From Chthoniobacter sp. (GTDB lineage: Bacteria; Verrucomicrobiota; Verrucomicrobiia; Chthoniobacterales; Chthoniobacteraceae): a stretch of DNA of 64,000 nucleotides. Where the stretch lies: contig JANPHH010000146.1 of assembly GCA_031424375.1 (NCBI GenBank), positions 5,148-69,147 on the forward strand, given 5' to 3'. Of this stretch, positions 61,461-64,000 are shown piece after piece (position 1 is the first letter of the stretch; each line of letters begins with the position of its first letter). Both the position numbers and the translations under genes were made by a program. The notes below the pieces were generated by a model. That model saw only the letters and a list, made by a program, of their open reading frames with translations, ran no database searches and was not told where the DNA came from.

Positions 61461-62645
61461 ATGTCGCCCCTCGACCTCACCATCCTCATGCCCTGCCTCA
61501 ACGAAGCGGAGACCCTCGTGGCCTGCATCGCCAAGGCGAAGCTGGGCATCGAGCGCGCGGGCGTGCCGGGCGAGGTGTTGATCGCGGATAACGGCTCCAC
61601 GGACGGCTCGATCGAGCTGGCGGAAAGGCACGGCGCCCGCGTGGTCCACGTCACCAAAAAAGGCTACGGCAACGCGCTCCGCGGCGGCATCGAGGCGGCG
61701 CAGGGGCGGTGGATTTTGATGGGCGATGCGGATGACAGCTACGACTTCTCCGAAGCGCCGCGCTTTGTGGAAAAACTGCGCGAGGGGCACGACATGGTGA
61801 TGGGCTGCCGCTTGCCCAAGGGCGGTGGCACGATCATGCCGGGCGCGATGCCTTTCAAAAACCGCTGGCTCGGAAATCCCGTGCTCAGCTTCCTCGGACG
61901 GCTGCTCTTTCGCACGCCGATCCGCGATTTCCACTGCGGCTTGCGCGCCTTTACCCGCGACGCTTACGAGCGCATGGCGACGAAGACGACGGGGATGGAA
62001 TTTGCCAGCGAGATGGTGATGAAATCCTCCATCCAGGAGATGCGCGTGGCCGAAGTGCCGATCACGTTGCACAAGGACGGCCGCTCGCGCCCGCCGCATC
62101 TCAAACCCTGGCGCGACGGCTGGCGGCACCTGCGCTTCATGCTGATCTATTCGCCGCGCTGGCTCTTCCTCATGCCGGGGATTTTTTCCGCAGCGGTCGG
62201 TGCGCTCGCGGCGCTCGCGATCTTTTTCGGCCCGCTGCAGTTTGGCCACGTGCAGCTCGATGCGGGCACGCTGGCGGTGGCGTGCATGCTGTTCACCATC
62301 GGTGTGCAGCTCGTGGCGTTTGCGTTTTTTGCGAAGGTCTTCGCGATCGGCGAAGGGCTGCTGCCGGATGATCCGCGGTTCTCGCGGGTGTTCCGCTTTT
62401 TCACGCTGGAGAAAGGGCTGATCGCCGGCGCGGTCACGCTGACCGCGGGGCTCGGTCTGCTCGCGTGGTCGGTGTGGATTTGGAAAATGGCCGGCTTCGG
62501 CGCGATGCCGTATCCCGCGAATCTCCGCCGCATCATCGCCGCCGCCACGCTCATCATCGTGGGCCATCAGGTCATGGCGGCGAGCTGGTTTCTCAGCGTG
62601 CTGGGTCTGAAGACCACTTCGCGCAAGCCGCCGGAACCGGCATGA
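61461..62645 (+). CDS. GT2 glycosyltransferase (polyprenol-phosphate glycosyltransferase-like) with C-terminal TM domain
   Basis: Motifs MPCLNEA, DNGSTDGS, GYGNAL, MGDADDSY, DFHCGLRAF, GMEFASEM, WRDGWRHLRF. Confidence 0.92.
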   Translation: MSPLDLTILMPCLNEAETLVACIAKAKLGIERAGVPGEVLIADNGSTDGSIELAERHGARVVHVTKKGYGNALRGGIEAAQGRWILMGDADDSYDFSEAPRFVEKLREGHDMVMGCRLPKGGGTIMPGAMPFKNRWLGNPVLSFLGRLLFRTPIRDFHCGLRAFTRDAYERMATKTTGMEFASEMVMKSSIQEMRVAEVPITLHKDGRSRPPHLKPWRDGWRHLRFMLIYSPRWLFLMPGIFSAAVGALAALAIFFGPLQFGHVQLDAGTLAVACMLFTIGVQLVAFAFFAKVFAIGEGLLPDDPRFSRVFRFFTLEKGLIAGAVTLTAGLGLLAWSVWIWKMAGFGAMPYPANLRRIIAAATLIIVGHQVMAASWFLSVLGLKTTSRKPPEPA

Positions 62646-63754
62646 CGTGGGACTATCTGATCGTCGGCGCTGGGTTCGCCGGCACGGTGCTGGCGGAGCG
62701 GCTCGCTTCGCAGCGCGGCGCCACCTGCTGTGTCATCGACCGCCGCGATCACATCGGCGGTAACGCCTTCGACAAATATGACGCCGCGGGCGTGCTCGTG
62801 CATCCCTACGGCCCGCACTACTTCCGCACGAACTCGGATCGCATCGTCGAATACCTCTCGCAGTTCACCGCGTGGCGGCCGGTGGATTACAAGATCCTGA
62901 GCTGGACGGAGGGACGCTACTGGCAGTTCCCGATCAATCTGAACACCCTCGAGCAACTGCTCGGCCGGCCGAGCACGAGCGAGGAAATGGAGGCCACGCT
63001 CGCGGAGTGGCGCACGCCGATCGCGCACCCGCGCAACTCCGAGGAACAGATCCTCGCGCAGGTCGGTCCGCGGCTCTACGAGATGTTCTTCAAGGGCTAC
63101 ACGCGCAAGCAGTGGCAGCGCGATCCGCGCGATCTCGACGCCAGCGTCTGCGGTCGCATCCCGATTCGCACGAACCGCGACGACCGCTTCCTGAGCGAGA
63201 AATTTCAAGCGCTCCCGACCGACGGCTACACGCCGATGTTTCAGCGCATGCTCGCGCATCCGAAGATCGAGGTGCGGCTGCGCACCGACTACCGCGAGGC
63301 GCGCGCGCAGATTCCGCATCGGCATCTCATCTTCACCGGCGCGGTGGATGAATATTTCGACCACTGCTTCGGCGCGCTGCCGTATCGCTCGCTGCGCTTC
63401 GAGCCGGAGACGGTGCAGCAGGAATTTTTTCAACCCGCGATGCAGGTGAACTATCCGAACGATCATGAATTCACCCGCATCGTGGAGCTGAAACATGCGA
63501 CCGGGCAGCAGATTCCCGTGACGACGATCGTCCGCGAATACCCGCTCGCCGCGGGCCCCGGCGCCGAGCCGTATTACCCGATTCCCGCGCCGGACACGCG
63601 GGCGCTCTACGAGCAGTACGCCGAGCGGGCGCGCATTGAGCCGGGTGTGAGTTTCGTCGGGCGACTGGCCGCTTACCGCTACTACAACATGGATCAGGTC
63701 GTGGGGATGGCGCTGGCGGAGTTTGAAAAACTGGCGGCACGGCCGACGGGCTGA
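62642..63754 (+). CDS. glf: UDP-galactopyranose mutase
   Basis: Motifs VGAGFAG, HIGGN, YGPHYF, GYT.KQW, LPYRSL.F, EPYYP, GRLA.YRYYNMDQ. Confidence 0.95.
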   Translation: MTWDYLIVGAGFAGTVLAERLASQRGATCCVIDRRDHIGGNAFDKYDAAGVLVHPYGPHYFRTNSDRIVEYLSQFTAWRPVDYKILSWTEGRYWQFPINLNTLEQLLGRPSTSEEMEATLAEWRTPIAHPRNSEEQILAQVGPRLYEMFFKGYTRKQWQRDPRDLDASVCGRIPIRTNRDDRFLSEKFQALPTDGYTPMFQRMLAHPKIEVRLRTDYREARAQIPHRHLIFTGAVDEYFDHCFGALPYRSLRFEPETVQQEFFQPAMQVNYPNDHEFTRIVELKHATGQQIPVTTIVREYPLAAGPGAEPYYPIPAPDTRALYEQYAERARIEPGVSFVGRLAAYRYYNMDQVVGMALAEFEKLAARPTG

Positions 63755-63781
63755 GTGGGTCTGCGGGAACCGCAGCCAGCC

Positions 63782-63912
63782 TGTCATCCCGAGCGCAATG
63801 CAGGGAGCCTGAGCGACCAAAATGCAGTCGAGGGACCTCGGATGACCGGGAACTGCACGATCCCCCGGAGGCGGAGGTCCCTCGGCTTCGTTACCCTCCG
63901 CTCGGGATGACA
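63782..63912. repeat. Full TGTCATCC-family element
   Basis: Terminal IR tgtcatcccgagcg/cgctcgggatgaca and inner IR gagggacctc/gaggtccctc. Confidence 0.85.
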
Positions 63913-64000
63913 GAGGTTTTCGAGATTCGGTCCCCCCCCTGAGCGTCCTTTTTGTTTCCCTCGCGCGGGTTTTGGTTTTAAGTCCCCGCTCCTTCGGCGG

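Overview
This is a high-GC bacterial chromosomal window. The gene families (PSD1/planctomycete cytochrome c, DUF1800/DUF1501, DUF1592/DUF1552, PEP-CTERM, ECF-kinase) and the intergenic palindrome families point to Verrucomicrobiota/PVC; that assignment is an inference. Left part (1-20 kb): 3' end of a PIN-like gene, two PSD1/cytochrome-c genes flanking an ECF sigma/anti-sigma/periplasmic triad, a YidE-type transporter, an EF-hand-redoxin-heme-Cu-monooxygenase-like protein, an ABC system with peptidase-like permeases, two esterases and a Gfo/Idh/MocA oxidoreductase. Centre (20-41.5 kb): a ~10.3 kb tandem duplication of a giant (~2,450 aa) DUF1800 secreted protein plus a Tat-type DUF1501 protein, with a GspG-like gene between the copies and a heavy-metal-binding protein gene at the end. 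Right part: a split DUF1592...DUF1552 pair, an ECF-sigma-like/Ser-Thr-kinase/lectin/FGE fusion, an S41 pseudoprotease, purD, two PEP-CTERM genes, tolB-pal, a GT2 and glf. I saw no rRNA, tRNA, CRISPR array, transposase or integrase. The best candidate for an undescribed system is the duplicated giant DUF1800-DUF1501 module, which has nested domain insertions, patchy near-identity between copies and a conserved hairpin leader. Second is a putative ECF regulon (GTAAC-N17-CGTC) covering EF-hand/heme proteins. All domain calls come from motif recognition by eye; no searches were run.
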